In this document: positions 30,489-39,650 of the stretch, in pieces
Numbering within the stretch: the first letter of the stretch is position 1
Layout: each line of letters starts with the position of its first letter
NCBI GenBank assembly: GCA_942490825.1
Contig: CALNYG010000013.1
Location: 125,281 to 189,280, forward strand
DNA from: Candidatus Moraniibacteriota bacterium
GTDB lineage: Bacteria > Patescibacteriota > Minisyncoccia > Moranbacterales > GCA-2747515
Reading direction: 5' to 3'
Length of the DNA: 64,000 nucleotides
Program-made: the position numbers and the translations under genes
The notes under the pieces: model-generated
Told to the model about the DNA's origin: nothing
Seen by the model: the letters and a program-made list of their open reading frames with translations, nothing else
Databases searched by the model: none

Positions 30489-33144
30489 ATGTCTATATTT
30501 TCAAAACTGTTTGGTTCAAATGAAAGTCAAGTTAAAAAATACAATCCGATCGTTGATCAGATAAATGATTTTGAGGATGCAATAAAAAAATTAACCGATG
30601 AAGAAATAAAAGAAAAAACTGCATCTTTTCAAAAGATAATTCAGAATGAAGAAAAAACATTAGATGAAATTTTGCCGGAAGCTTTTGCAGTTGCTCGGGA
30701 GGCAGCTCGAAGAACTTTAGGAGAGTGGGCTCATAACACTCAGTTGATTGGTGGGATGATTCTTCATGAAGGAAAAATTACCGAAATGAAAACAGGTGAA
30801 GGTAAAACTTTAACTTCTGTTCTTCCAATTTATCTTAATGCCTTAACTGGAAAAGGAGTTCACTTAGTTACGGTGAATGATTATTTAGCAAAACGTGATT
30901 GTAATTGGATGGGTGTTGTTTATGAAAAATTAGGTTTACAGGTAGCTTGTATTACACACGAAGGAGGATTTCTTTACGAAGCGAATACAGTTGATCGAGA
31001 TGAGGTTGATATTGAGATGGAAAACTTAAAAGCAGTTACAAAAAAAGAAGCTTATAATTCTGACATTACTTACGGAACAAATAATGAATTTGGTTTCGAT
31101 TATTTGCGTGATAATATGGCACAGTCTGAGGAAAGATTGTCGCAGCGAGAATTACATTTTGCGATCGTAGATGAAGTCGATTCAATTTTAATTGATGAGG
31201 CGAGAACTCCGTTAATTATTTCTGCACCAGACAATGAGTCAACTAAACTTTATGAAAAATTTGCACAAGTTGTTCCTAATTTGCAAATCGAAAAAGATTA
31301 TAACGTTGATGAAAAAACTCGAAATGTAACTTTGACTGACGAGGGAATTCAGAAAGTAGAAAATCTTTTAGGAGTGGGAAATATTTATGAAGAGGGGAAA
31401 GTTCAATATGTTCATCATTTGGAACAATCTTTGAAAGCACATGCTCTTTTTGTGAGGGATAAGGATTATATGGTAAAAGATGGTGAAGTTATTATTATCG
31501 ATGAGTTTACTGGTCGAGCGATGGAAGGGCGACGATATTCAGATGGTCTTCATCAGGCGATTGAAGCGAAAGAAAAAGTGGCGGTTCAGCGTGAATCAAA
31601 AACGTTGGCGACAATTACTTTTCAGAATTATTTTCGTATGTATGACAAGTTAGCGGGTATGACAGGAACAGCGGTAACCAGTGCAGAAGAGTTTCAAAAA
31701 GTTTATAAATTGGATGTTATCATTGTTCCGACTAATAGGGAGATGGCTAGAAAAGATTTAGCGGATGTTGTTTATAAGAATGAGAACGGAAAATTTAAAG
31801 CGATTGTTGAAAAAATTAAAGAATTGTATGAAAAAGGTCAACCTGTTTTAGTAGGCACAGTGGCGATTGAAAAGTCTGAGTTGTTGAGTAATATGTTGAA
31901 AAAAGCAAAAATTTCTCATAGCGTTCTTAATGCAAAATATCATGAGAAAGAAGCTCAGATTGTGGCTAAAGCTGGTTTTAAAGGTTCGGTAACAATTGCA
32001 ACAAATATGGCGGGACGTGGTACGGATATTAAATTGGGTGAGGGTGTGAAAGAAGTTGGTGGTCTTTATATTATTGGAACTGAACGTCATGATGCTCGAC
32101 GAATTGATAATCAGTTGCGAGGACGTTCCGGACGACAGGGTGATCCTGGGACAACTCAATTTTATATTTCTTTGGAGGATGAATTGATGCGACGTTTTGG
32201 TGGTGATAGATTGAAAGGTATTATGGAAAAAATTGGTTTTGACGAAGATCAGCCAATTGAAAATAAAATTATTTCTAAACAAATTGAAGGTGCTCAATCT
32301 AAAATTGAAGGATTTAATTTTGATGCTCGTAAACATGTTTTGGATTATGATGATGTTGTTAATAAGCAACGAGAAGTTATTTACGGTAGACGGAGAAATA
32401 TTTTGGAAAAATTAGATTCTAAAGAAGAAATTGTAAAAATGTTTGATGAGGAGGTTAATGAGATTGTGGATGCTTATACTAATTTAAGTAGACATGATTG
32501 GAATGAATCAGAAATTATTAAAGAAATTAAGGCGATCGCTCCTATTTCAGAAAATTTTGAAACAAAATTAAAAGATATTTTTGATGATGGTAATAAAGAT
32601 GATAAGGAAGTTATTGAAAGCACAAAGGATCTTTTGATTGAAGAATTGAAAGTGGCTCATACTAAAAAAGCAGAAGAAAATGGGGAAAATGCAATGCGGG
32701 CGATTGAGCGTTCTATTTTAATGCAAACTATTGATCAGCATTGGATGAATCATTTAGATGCGATTGATCATATGCGACAGGGAATTGGTTTGCGGGGTTA
32801 TGGTCAACAGGATCCTTTGATTGAATATAAAAGGGAGGCTTTTGGGATGTTTAATCAGCTTTTGGGAAATATTAGAAATACGGTTTTGCATACTATTTTT
32901 AGGGCGAGTGTTGTTAGTGATCAGAATCAGAGTGCAGTGACTGAATTGGCAAAAAATATGAATTTTTCTGGGGCGAATAGTAATCCTGAGCAATTTGCTC
33001 AGGCGGCTGGAGAGGAAAATAAGCAGATGATGTCTAAAATGCCAAAAATTGAAAAAGCCTGTTCATTCTGAAAAGTTGGTTGGACGAAATGATCCTTGTT
33101 CTTGCGGGAGTGGGAAGAAGTTTAAGAAATGTTGTGGACGGTAG
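30489..33144 (+). CDS. secA: Preprotein translocase ATPase SecA; the C-terminal zinc-binding tail is in the +1 frame
   Basis: DEAD-like motor and the preprotein-binding and helical scaffold domains. The ORF stops at 33071, but the +1 frame continues with [23 protein letters not shown] (the canonical SecA Zn finger). The frames join by a 1-nt change in the A5 run at 33052-33056. Confidence 0.85.
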
Positions 33145-33167
33145 AGATTCAAGTTTGCATGATATTT

Positions 33168-33290
33168 TGCAGGAACGGGTTTTACAACTCGTTCCACATG
33201 TTTATCTTTAGTTTATAGATAAAATTTAAAATATAATTTTTTTACAATTCAGAAACGTTTCGGAGCCAGTTGTAAAACTGGTTCCTGCAG
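33168..33290. repeat. Paired-palindrome unit U1 (H1 GGAACGGGTT-ttac-AACtCGTTCC at 33172-33195, H2 GGAgCCAGTT-gtaa-AACTGGtTCC at 33262-33285)
   Basis: Two 24-nt hairpin palindromes 66 nt apart with outer TGCAGGAAC...GTTCCTGCA inversion. 98% identical to U3 at 38472-38594. Confidence 0.6.
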
Positions 33291-33408
33291 AAGTTGTGGA
33301 AAATAGATTTGTGTAATACTGATAGTGCTATTGGTATGCAATAAATTTTTAAGTTTTTTATAGGGAAGTCATGGAATTTTATTCTGTGGCTTTTTTGTTT
33401 TGGTGGGG

Positions 33409-33437
33409 TTGACAGGTTTTAGTTTATATGATATGAT
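33409..33437 (+). promoter_or_regulatory. Consensus sigma70-like promoter (TTGACA, 17-nt spacer, TATGAT), now separated from its gene by the IS30 insertion
   Basis: Perfect -35 hexamer, 17-nt spacer and a 5/6 -10. Identical to the copy at 38713-38741. Confidence 0.55.
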
Positions 33438-33454
33438 TGGGTTTCAAATGAGAA

Positions 33455-34527
33455 CCTACCCGCAATAGTCAATCCGACCACCCTATTTTTCATCAACAAC
33501 GCGTAAGCGTTGTTTTTCTTTTTCTAAAGATTCTGTTGGAGATAAATAATCTAAACATTTCATATATCTTTCATTACATTTATCTTGAATAGCTTTAATA
33601 TATTCTTCATCATATTTTGAAATGTCACTTCCTTTAGGAATATATTTTCTAATATATTTATTTACATTTTCCACGCTTCCTTTTTCCCATGAATGATATG
33701 GATGACAAAAGTAAATTGGGATTTTTAAAATTGTTTCTAACGTTTTATGCATTCTAAATAATATATCATTATCTAAAGTTAGAGTTTTCATTTCTGGAAA
33801 TTCTTTTTTGATTTTTAATAATTTTTCGTGAACATTATCTATTGTTACGTCTAATATTTGTTCAATGAATACATATCTAGTTTTTCTATCAATTAACACT
33901 AATAGATAGCCCGTTCCACTTTTTCCTGAAACAATGAAGTCTCCTTCAACATCTCCAATTCTCTCTCTATTTTCCGCTATTTCAGGGCGTTTATCAATGA
34001 ATTTCCTATCTTTTAGCTTCTTTACTTTTATTCTCTTTTTTTCCATATTTTAATCTCTTTATTTTCTTTTTGATTAGCTTTCCATAATCGCTATCTAAAA
34101 AATCATAAATTGTATTTTTTGAAACGTAAATCAAATTTTTTTCTTGATATTTTAATCTTCCTGAGATTGCTTCTGGCGATTGATTATCGCATAATTTAGC
34201 TTCTATAAATTTTCTCAATTTAGAATTACCAATTATCTTAGATCCTCTGAAACTTGCATAATATCTTTTTACATATGATTTATGATTTGCTTTTTCTGGA
34301 TCATATTTGTTTTTTACTGAATTTTTTTTGATTTCATCAATGATGCTTGAATGTGATCTTTTCAGTATTTTTCCTATTTTTCTTTTTGAATATTTTTTAT
34401 CTAAATAATATTTAATTTCTCTTCTTTCTGCTTTACTTATATGTTTAAATGTTTTTTTTCATTAAAAAATTATTAAAATTTATCTTTTTATTTTAACAGA
34501 GTGGTCGGATTCAAAAAGGAATGTAGG
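33455..34527 (-). mobile_element. IS30-family insertion sequence (1073 bp) with a GAA target-site duplication
   Basis: Imperfect 26-bp terminal inverted repeats (CCTAC...AATCCGACCA at both ends). Flanked by GAA at 33452-33454 and 34528-34530. The uninterrupted target is visible in the paralogous repeat at 38745-38760 (caaatgaGAAatttacgg). Confidence 0.75.
33483..34440 (-). pseudogene. IS30-family transposase, split by a frameshift into a helix-turn-helix part (34440-34006) and a DDE part (34046-33483)
   Basis: The N-terminal part (KAERREIKYYLDKKYSKRKIGKIL...) and the C-terminal catalytic part (...HSWEKGSVENVNKYIRKYIPKGSDIS...) overlap by 41 nt in different frames. The ATG is followed by an A8 run. 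Confidence 0.7.
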
Positions 34528-34657
34528 GAAATTTACGGTTAGTTTGTAAATTGAACATTTGATTAGTTCTTTGTTAATTTTCGAGTAGGGAAATAGTTTC
34601 TTTATTCGATTTTTTTTGAAACCTTTACGGCGAGGAAATCGCCAAAGGAATGTAGTT

Positions 34658-35155
34658 ATGATAAAAAATATTTCTCTTTTCTGTCTTTTCTCTTTTCTTT
34701 CTACTCTTTTATCAAACTTCGCTATAGCAGACGCTGGGTACGACGATTACCCATCCTCTTTATTTTTAATAGAAGGAGACACAGGAAGCGAGTTTGAACC
34801 TCTTCGAATAAAGGGAGGAACTTTCGATGAGCGTCTTCTAGTAGGAAAAGTAGAGAAGTTTGAAGTAGAAAGTGGGGCGTTCATAATAAAGTGTTCTTTT
34901 AGTGTTATGGATAACGCTACTGGAGATACTCTAAGTTGTCGCCCGAATAATGGTTCACCTTCTTTTTTCCGTCTTACTAAAAAAGTAGGTAAAAAGGGCA
35001 TGAGAATCGTAGAGGAAATAGACATTATTTCAAGTCCTGCTATGTATTATGAAAATAGTAAGACGGCGGGTACAGGATCTACCGTAGAAGATAATGTATA
35101 TATTTCTCCTGATAGCACAGTATTCGGGCCCACAGGAATCAATATCGGGAACTAA
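34658..35155 (+). CDS. Small secreted protein, cassette gene 1
   Basis: Signal peptide MIKNISLFCLFSFLSTLLSNFAIA/DA. The leader is conserved with the gene at 38878. Confidence 0.55.
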   Translation: MIKNISLFCLFSFLSTLLSNFAIADAGYDDYPSSLFLIEGDTGSEFEPLRIKGGTFDERLLVGKVEKFEVESGAFIIKCSFSVMDNATGDTLSCRPNNGSPSFFRLTKKVGKKGMRIVEEIDIISSPAMYYENSKTAGTGSTVEDNVYISPDSTVFGPTGINIGN

Positions 35156-35168
35156 CAGAGTTCCCACA

Positions 35169-35235
35169 GAAGGCTTTAGCAATTCGATTTATTTCGAACG
35201 TATAATGTACACGCTAAGGCCTTCTTTCTTTTTAA
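35169..35235 (+). terminator. Cassette terminator hairpin (GAAGGCTTTAGC, 32-nt loop, GCTAAGGCCTTC, then a T-rich tail)
   Basis: 12-bp stem with one mismatch, immediately after the stop. Paralogous copy at 39197-39262. Confidence 0.55.
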
Positions 35236-35303
35236 GAGCTTAAAATATATTTTCTAGATTTTAAAAAGAATTTATATTTACACAATCAAAACTTTTTACA
35301 AGA

Positions 35304-35415
35304 ACAATTTTTACAACCCGTTCCAAACGTTTCTATTTTATACACATCATAAATTAAAAATAAATAAATTTTCATAATTCAAAAACATTTCAGAACCAGT
35401 TGTAAAACTAATTCC
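35304..35415. repeat. Paired-palindrome unit U2 (degenerate, b-type spacer)
   Basis: TTTTTACAACCCGTTCC ... CAGAACCAGTTGTAAAACTAATTCC. The spacer matches U4. Confidence 0.45.
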
Positions 35416-35497
35416 TACGGTTTGATTATATTATCTAAAAATATCAAGTACTTCTATTTTACTTAAATTATAAAATTAAAATAAATCTATAGAGCAG

Positions 35498-35554
35498 AAT
35501 GATCCTTGTTTTTGCGAGAGTAGGGAGAAGTTTAAGAATAATTGTAGTAAATAG
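35498..35554 (+). other. Degenerate duplicate of the last 57 nt of secA (zinc-finger tail: NDPCFCESREKFKNNCSK*)
   Basis: aatgatccttgtttttgcgagagtagggagaagtttaagaataattgtagtaaatag, compared with the secA 3' end at 33095-33144 (about 45 of 57 identical). Confidence 0.55.
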
Positions 35555-35621
35555 ATTTAAAAATGATCTCGTGTTAAAATAAATATAATAATAAAATAAA
35601 TATTAAAAATAAAAAAGAAAT

Positions 35622-36995
35622 ATGAAAAAAAGTATTATAGTTGCTATTGCTATAATTGTATTACTCGCAACCCTAGGTTTTTTTGTAATGAAAAGTATCC
35701 AAAATAACAACAAGGTTTCAAAAAGCAAAACAAATACAACTTCCGTAACAAATACCGCTAATGTATCTCAAGGTACAGCTTCTAATCAAAAAGTAACTTC
35801 TTCAACTTCAACTACAAATACAAATTCCACTTCAGTTAAAACTAATTCTGAAGGTGAAAATATCGATGTTGAATGCAATCAAATTTATAACGATTTGTTC
35901 AAAGAAGAAAAGAAAGATTTTACAGAATGTGGTGTGTTTGCCAAAGATATATCCTGTGATGGTGAGAGTGCACCAAAAGAAGAAAAACAAAATAATTTAG
36001 TGATTATCTTCGATTCTTCTGGATCAATGGCTGGTCAAATCGGTGGAAAAGCTAAAATTGACATAGCAAAAGAAGCAGTCTGGAAGTTTTTAGATAGCAT
36101 GAAAGATTCTAAAACTAAAGTAAGCGTCGTTGTTTATGGACATAAGGGAAGTAACAATTCTTCTTCTAAACAACTTTCTTGTAGCAGTATCGATGAAGCT
36201 TATTATTTTGGAGATTTAGATGTTGCAGTTGCTAAAAATAAAATTAGTGAATTTAAACCAACTGGATGGACTCCAATTGCGAGTTCTTTAGATAAAGCTA
36301 AAGATATTTTAGTTAAAAATACTAAAGATGGTGATGTTAATTCAATATTACTAATTAGTGATGGTGAAGAAACTTGTGATGGTAATCCTATATCTAAAGC
36401 TAAAGAGATTCGAGATTCAACGGGGATAACTACTAGTGTAATTGCTTTTGATGTTACGGGAAATGTGCAAGCTCAATTGAAAAGTATATCAGAAAATGGA
36501 GGGGGAACTTTTCATGCGGCTAATAGTTTAGAGGAAATGTTTGCGGCGTTGGATGCTGAGAATGATAAGTTTTGGGAAAAATATGAGTGTGAGAGTGAGC
36601 AGTGGAGTGAATGGTTAGATAAAAGTTTAGATACAGTATTTGTTGGAAATAGTTGTGCTCAAAACTTGTTTTGGGAAAAGAACGGTATGATCGATATGGG
36701 GATTGAAAGCTTGGGTTATAATGATGTTGCAGATAGTTGTAAACAAAAAATAATTAAAGATTATCGGGAGAATAGGTATAAGGCTATTCGAGAGCAGTTG
36801 ATTAAAAATTATATTGCTAATTTTATTAGATCAAATAAAATTATAGATGATAGTGAAATATGGACTGATGATATTGATTATGAAGGTGATATGATGAGAG
36901 ACTTGAAAAGTAATTGGAATAATCAGTGGGATAATGATATTGATTGGAATGCTATTCAGCAACAGATCAAAACTGAAATAGTTAACAATAGATAA
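35622..36995 (+). CDS. Secreted von Willebrand factor A (VWA) domain protein
   Basis: N-terminal anchor or signal, a Ser/Thr-rich linker, and a DSSGSM MIDAS motif with the downstream T and D residues. Confidence 0.7.
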   Translation: MKKSIIVAIAIIVLLATLGFFVMKSIQNNNKVSKSKTNTTSVTNTANVSQGTASNQKVTSSTSTTNTNSTSVKTNSEGENIDVECNQIYNDLFKEEKKDFTECGVFAKDISCDGESAPKEEKQNNLVIIFDSSGSMAGQIGGKAKIDIAKEAVWKFLDSMKDSKTKVSVVVYGHKGSNNSSSKQLSCSSIDEAYYFGDLDVAVAKNKISEFKPTGWTPIASSLDKAKDILVKNTKDGDVNSILLISDGEETCDGNPISKAKEIRDSTGITTSVIAFDVTGNVQAQLKSISENGGGTFHAANSLEEMFAALDAENDKFWEKYECESEQWSEWLDKSLDTVFVGNSCAQNLFWEKNGMIDMGIESLGYNDVADSCKQKIIKDYRENRYKAIREQLIKNYIANFIRSNKIIDDSEIWTDDIDYEGDMMRDLKSNWNNQWDNDIDWNAIQQQIKTEIVNNR

Positions 36996-37102
36996 TATTA
37001 ACAAATTCTACATTATAAATTGTAGACCTAAAAGTAAATTTAATTTATAATATAGATTGTAGGTCGATAAAGTAAATTTAATTAAATTAATAAAATAAAA
37101 AT

Positions 37103-37639
37103 ATGTCAAAGTTTAAAGTGGGTATGTCTTTAACTGCATTTTTAGCAGCTGTAGTTTTGTCAGGTTGTGGTGTTAATGTTGATGATGGGGCTGATTCAGT
37201 TAAAGTTAATACTGATGGTATTGAGGTAAAATCTGATGGTTCTACTGTTGAGGTTAAAGATGGTATGAACAGTGTTAATGTTAATTCTGATGGTAGTACT
37301 GTGGATGTTAGTGGCGGTAGTGTAAAACTTGAAACTAATGATGCTAAAGTTAATGTTAACGGTGGTAATGTAGATGTTGATTCAAAGGATACTACTGCTA
37401 CTAAAACAACTACTACAACTACAACGACAAATCCAAGTTCAAGCTCAAGTACAAATACAAGTTCAAGTACAATCAGTCCTTCAAGTAATGCTAATGTTAA
37501 TATTGATGCTGAGGATGCTAAGGTTAAGACTGATGGAAGTAATGTCAATATTGATACTGATGATGCTAAGATTCAGACTGATGGAGATGGTAATGTTAAG
37601 GTTCAGGCTCCAGGGGTTAATTTGAATGTTGGTTACTAG
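37103..37639 (+). CDS. Repetitive lipoprotein
   Basis: LSGC lipobox. Repeated DG(S/T)xVxV motifs and a poly-Thr tract. Confidence 0.55.
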   Translation: MSKFKVGMSLTAFLAAVVLSGCGVNVDDGADSVKVNTDGIEVKSDGSTVEVKDGMNSVNVNSDGSTVDVSGGSVKLETNDAKVNVNGGNVDVDSKDTTATKTTTTTTTTNPSSSSSTNTSSSTISPSSNANVNIDAEDAKVKTDGSNVNIDTDDAKIQTDGDGNVKVQAPGVNLNVGY

Positions 37640-37657
37640 GTTTTAGGGGTTTATTTT

Positions 37658-37692
37658 GAAAAAGCCATGGGATTTTCTCATGGCTTTTTTGT
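37658..37692 (+). terminator. Hairpin terminator (AAAGCCATG...CATGGCTTT plus T7)
   Basis: 9-bp stem plus a T-run, 19 nt after the stop at 37639. Confidence 0.5.
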
Positions 37693-37705
37693 TTGGTTTG
37701 TGGGG

Positions 37706-37734
37706 TTGACAGGTTTTGGATTATGTGATATTAT
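37706..37734 (+). promoter_or_regulatory. Third copy of the cassette promoter (TTGACA, 17-nt spacer, TATTAT)
   Basis: GTGGGGTTGACAGGTTTTgga is conserved with 33401 and 38705. Lies upstream of the gene at 37905. Confidence 0.5.
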
Positions 37735-37904
37735 TGGGTTTCAAATGAGTTATTGTAATCAATTATTTATTTGAAAATGTTCTTTTAAATCACTCTCTAT
37801 ATTTTTAAAGTTTACTTCACTGATTATGTTTTTTATTTTTTAGTAGAAGATATGATTGGTGAAGTATAACTTTTCTTTTCTTGGCTCGGGAGGGCTAGAT
37901 TATT

Positions 37905-38288
37905 ATGACAAATTACATTTTTTTAATTTTTCTTTTTTTTACTGCTCTTTCTCCTGTTGATTCTTTCGCAGCCGATCCTGGTTGTGGAAGCGTTATTACA
38001 AATTCCTATTGTGAAGACGGGAGATGTATTTCAGGAAGTTGTTTGCAGTTACAATTGCAAACAAATGTAGCAGGTGGAGTAGAAAAATCGTCTAAAGTTG
38101 TAAAAATTTCCAGCCATTTGCTAGCTAAAATGTATGAAATTGGCAGGAAAAGAGATGAAGAAAAAGCGAAAGAAGATCTTGCTCGTAAAGAGCAAAAAGA
38201 GGCAGATCGCAAAGCCTGCGATGGTGGTGATAGGCGAGCATGTATAAGAAATGCTTTGCTTATACAAATAGGAAATAGTATGAAGTGA
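37905..38288 (+). CDS. Small secreted protein
   Basis: Signal peptide (FAADPGCG), Cys-rich N-terminus, Lys/Glu-rich C-terminus. Confidence 0.5.
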   Translation: MTNYIFLIFLFFTALSPVDSFAADPGCGSVITNSYCEDGRCISGSCLQLQLQTNVAGGVEKSSKVVKISSHLLAKMYEIGRKRDEEKAKEDLARKEQKEADRKACDGGDRRACIRNALLIQIGNSMK

Positions 38289-38471
38289 TCTCGACCCAGC
38301 GTTAGGAATATTTAACGCTGGGTTCATTTTTTTAAAATTACAATTTTTACATAAACAAAAATATCCAACTATCTTCAGAGATAGTTTTTTTATTACCAAA
38401 AATATTTTGCAGAAATAATTTTAAAATATAAAACTTTATTTTTACTTTTCATTAGAGATAAAAAATATTTT

Positions 38472-38594
38472 TGCAGGAACGGGTTTTACAACCCGTTCCA
38501 CATGTTTATCTTTAGTTTATAGATAAAATTTAAAATATAATTTTTCTGTATTTTAGAAACGTTTCGGAACCAGTTGTAAAACTGGTTCCTGCAG
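38472..38594. repeat. Paired-palindrome unit U3 (perfect H1 at 38476-38499 and perfect H2 at 38566-38589)
   Basis: GGAACGGGTTttacAACCCGTTCC and GGAACCAGTTgtaaAACTGGTTCC, both perfect 10-bp stems. The cores GTTTTACAAC and GTTGTAAAAC are reverse complements. Confidence 0.6.
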
Positions 38595-38712
38595 AAGTTG
38601 TGGAAAATAGATTTGTGTAATACTGATAGTGCTATTGGTATGCAATAAATTTTTAAGTTTTTTATAGGGAAGTCATGGAATTTTATTCTGTGGCTTTTTT
38701 GTTTTGGTGGGG

Positions 38713-38741
38713 TTGACAGGTTTTAGTTTATATGATATGAT
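38713..38741 (+). promoter_or_regulatory. Cassette promoter (TTGACA, 17-nt spacer, TATGAT)
   Basis: Identical to 33409-33437. Followed by the conserved leader and the cassette gene at 38878. Confidence 0.55.
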
Positions 38742-38877
38742 TGGGTTTCAAATGAGAAATTTACGGTTAGTTTGTAAATTGAACATTTGGGTAGTTCTTT
38801 GTTAATTTTTGGGTAAGAAACTGTTTTTTACTCGATTTATTTTTAATTCTACGGCAAAAGCCAAGGGAATTTCTGTT

Positions 38878-39189
38878 ATGAAAAAAAATATTTCACTTTT
38901 CATTTTCTTATTGTTTTTTTCTTATTTCTCCGCTCCTCCCGCTATGGCGGATATCGAAGACGGACTGACTTACAGTCAGCTCGTGAAAGCAGGAATAATC
39001 ACTAACAAAAAAATTGATAGTAATATTTACAAAATTGATAGTGGAAAAAAAACGGATACTGCTAAAGATGCTACGGCGGAAGTGGTTAATGAAGTAAAAA
39101 TTCAAAATAGTAGTTCTACTACTGGAAATTCAGGGGTCTGCATAGGAGCAGGCCCATGCGGAAATAATAGAATGATCATGATCAGGTGA
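38878..39189 (+). CDS. Small secreted protein, cassette gene 2
   Basis: Signal peptide MKKNISLFIFLLFFSYFSAPPAMA/DI. The leader and terminator are conserved with cassette gene 1. Confidence 0.5.
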   Translation: MKKNISLFIFLLFFSYFSAPPAMADIEDGLTYSQLVKAGIITNKKIDSNIYKIDSGKKTDTAKDATAEVVNEVKIQNSSSTTGNSGVCIGAGPCGNNRMIMIR

Positions 39190-39196
39190 TCCCACA

Positions 39197-39262
39197 GAAG
39201 GCTTTAGCAATTCGATTTATTTCGAATGTACAATGTACACGCTAAGGTCTTCTTTCTTTTTA
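39197..39262 (+). terminator. Cassette terminator hairpin, copy 2
   Basis: GAAGGCTTTAGC...GCTAAGGtCTTC plus a T-rich tail. Confidence 0.5.
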
Positions 39263-39327
39263 AGAACTCGAAAGAGATTTTCTAGATTTTAAAAAGAATT
39301 TATATTTACACAAATAAAAATCTTTAT

Positions 39328-39447
39328 AGGAATAGATTTTATAACCCGTTTGAAGCCTTTCTTTTTTATATATATCATAAATTAAAAATAAATAAATTTT
39401 CATAATTCAAAAACATTTCAGAAGCAGTTGTAAAACTAGTTCCTGCT
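39328..39447. repeat. Paired-palindrome unit U4 (degenerate, b-type)
   Basis: ttttATAACCCGTTtgaa ... CAGAAGCAGTTGTAAAACTAGTTCC. Confidence 0.4.
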
Positions 39448-39531
39448 TTACTTGATTTTTTGTAATCTCTCAAATCTTTACACTTATTATTTTCAAAAGC
39501 ATAAAAGCAGGGGTTGGGTTTTACAATTTTC

Positions 39532-39650
39532 GCTAGGAACGGGTTTTACAACCCGTTCCGGATGTTCATCTCTAATTCACAAATAAATTTCAGAATATAT
39601 TTTTTCACAAATCAGAAACTTCACGGAGCCAGTTATAAAACTAGTTCCTG
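39532..39650. repeat. Paired-palindrome unit U5 (perfect H1 at 39536-39559, degenerate H2 at 39626-39648)
   Basis: GGAACGGGTTttacAACCCGTTCC ... GGAGCCAGTTataaAACTAGTTCC. Confidence 0.5.

Noticed and set aside
37374-37625. ORF 37374..37625 (+) inside the lipoprotein gene
   Set aside because: This is an alternate frame of the repetitive region and its translation is pure Leu/Gln/Arg low complexity.
33168-39650. Possibility that the H1/H2 palindromic repeats are a CRISPR array
   Set aside because: The repeats are 24-nt perfect palindromes in pairs with conserved, not unique, intervening sequence. Spacing is irregular (kilobases apart) and no cas genes are present. They are not a CRISPR array.
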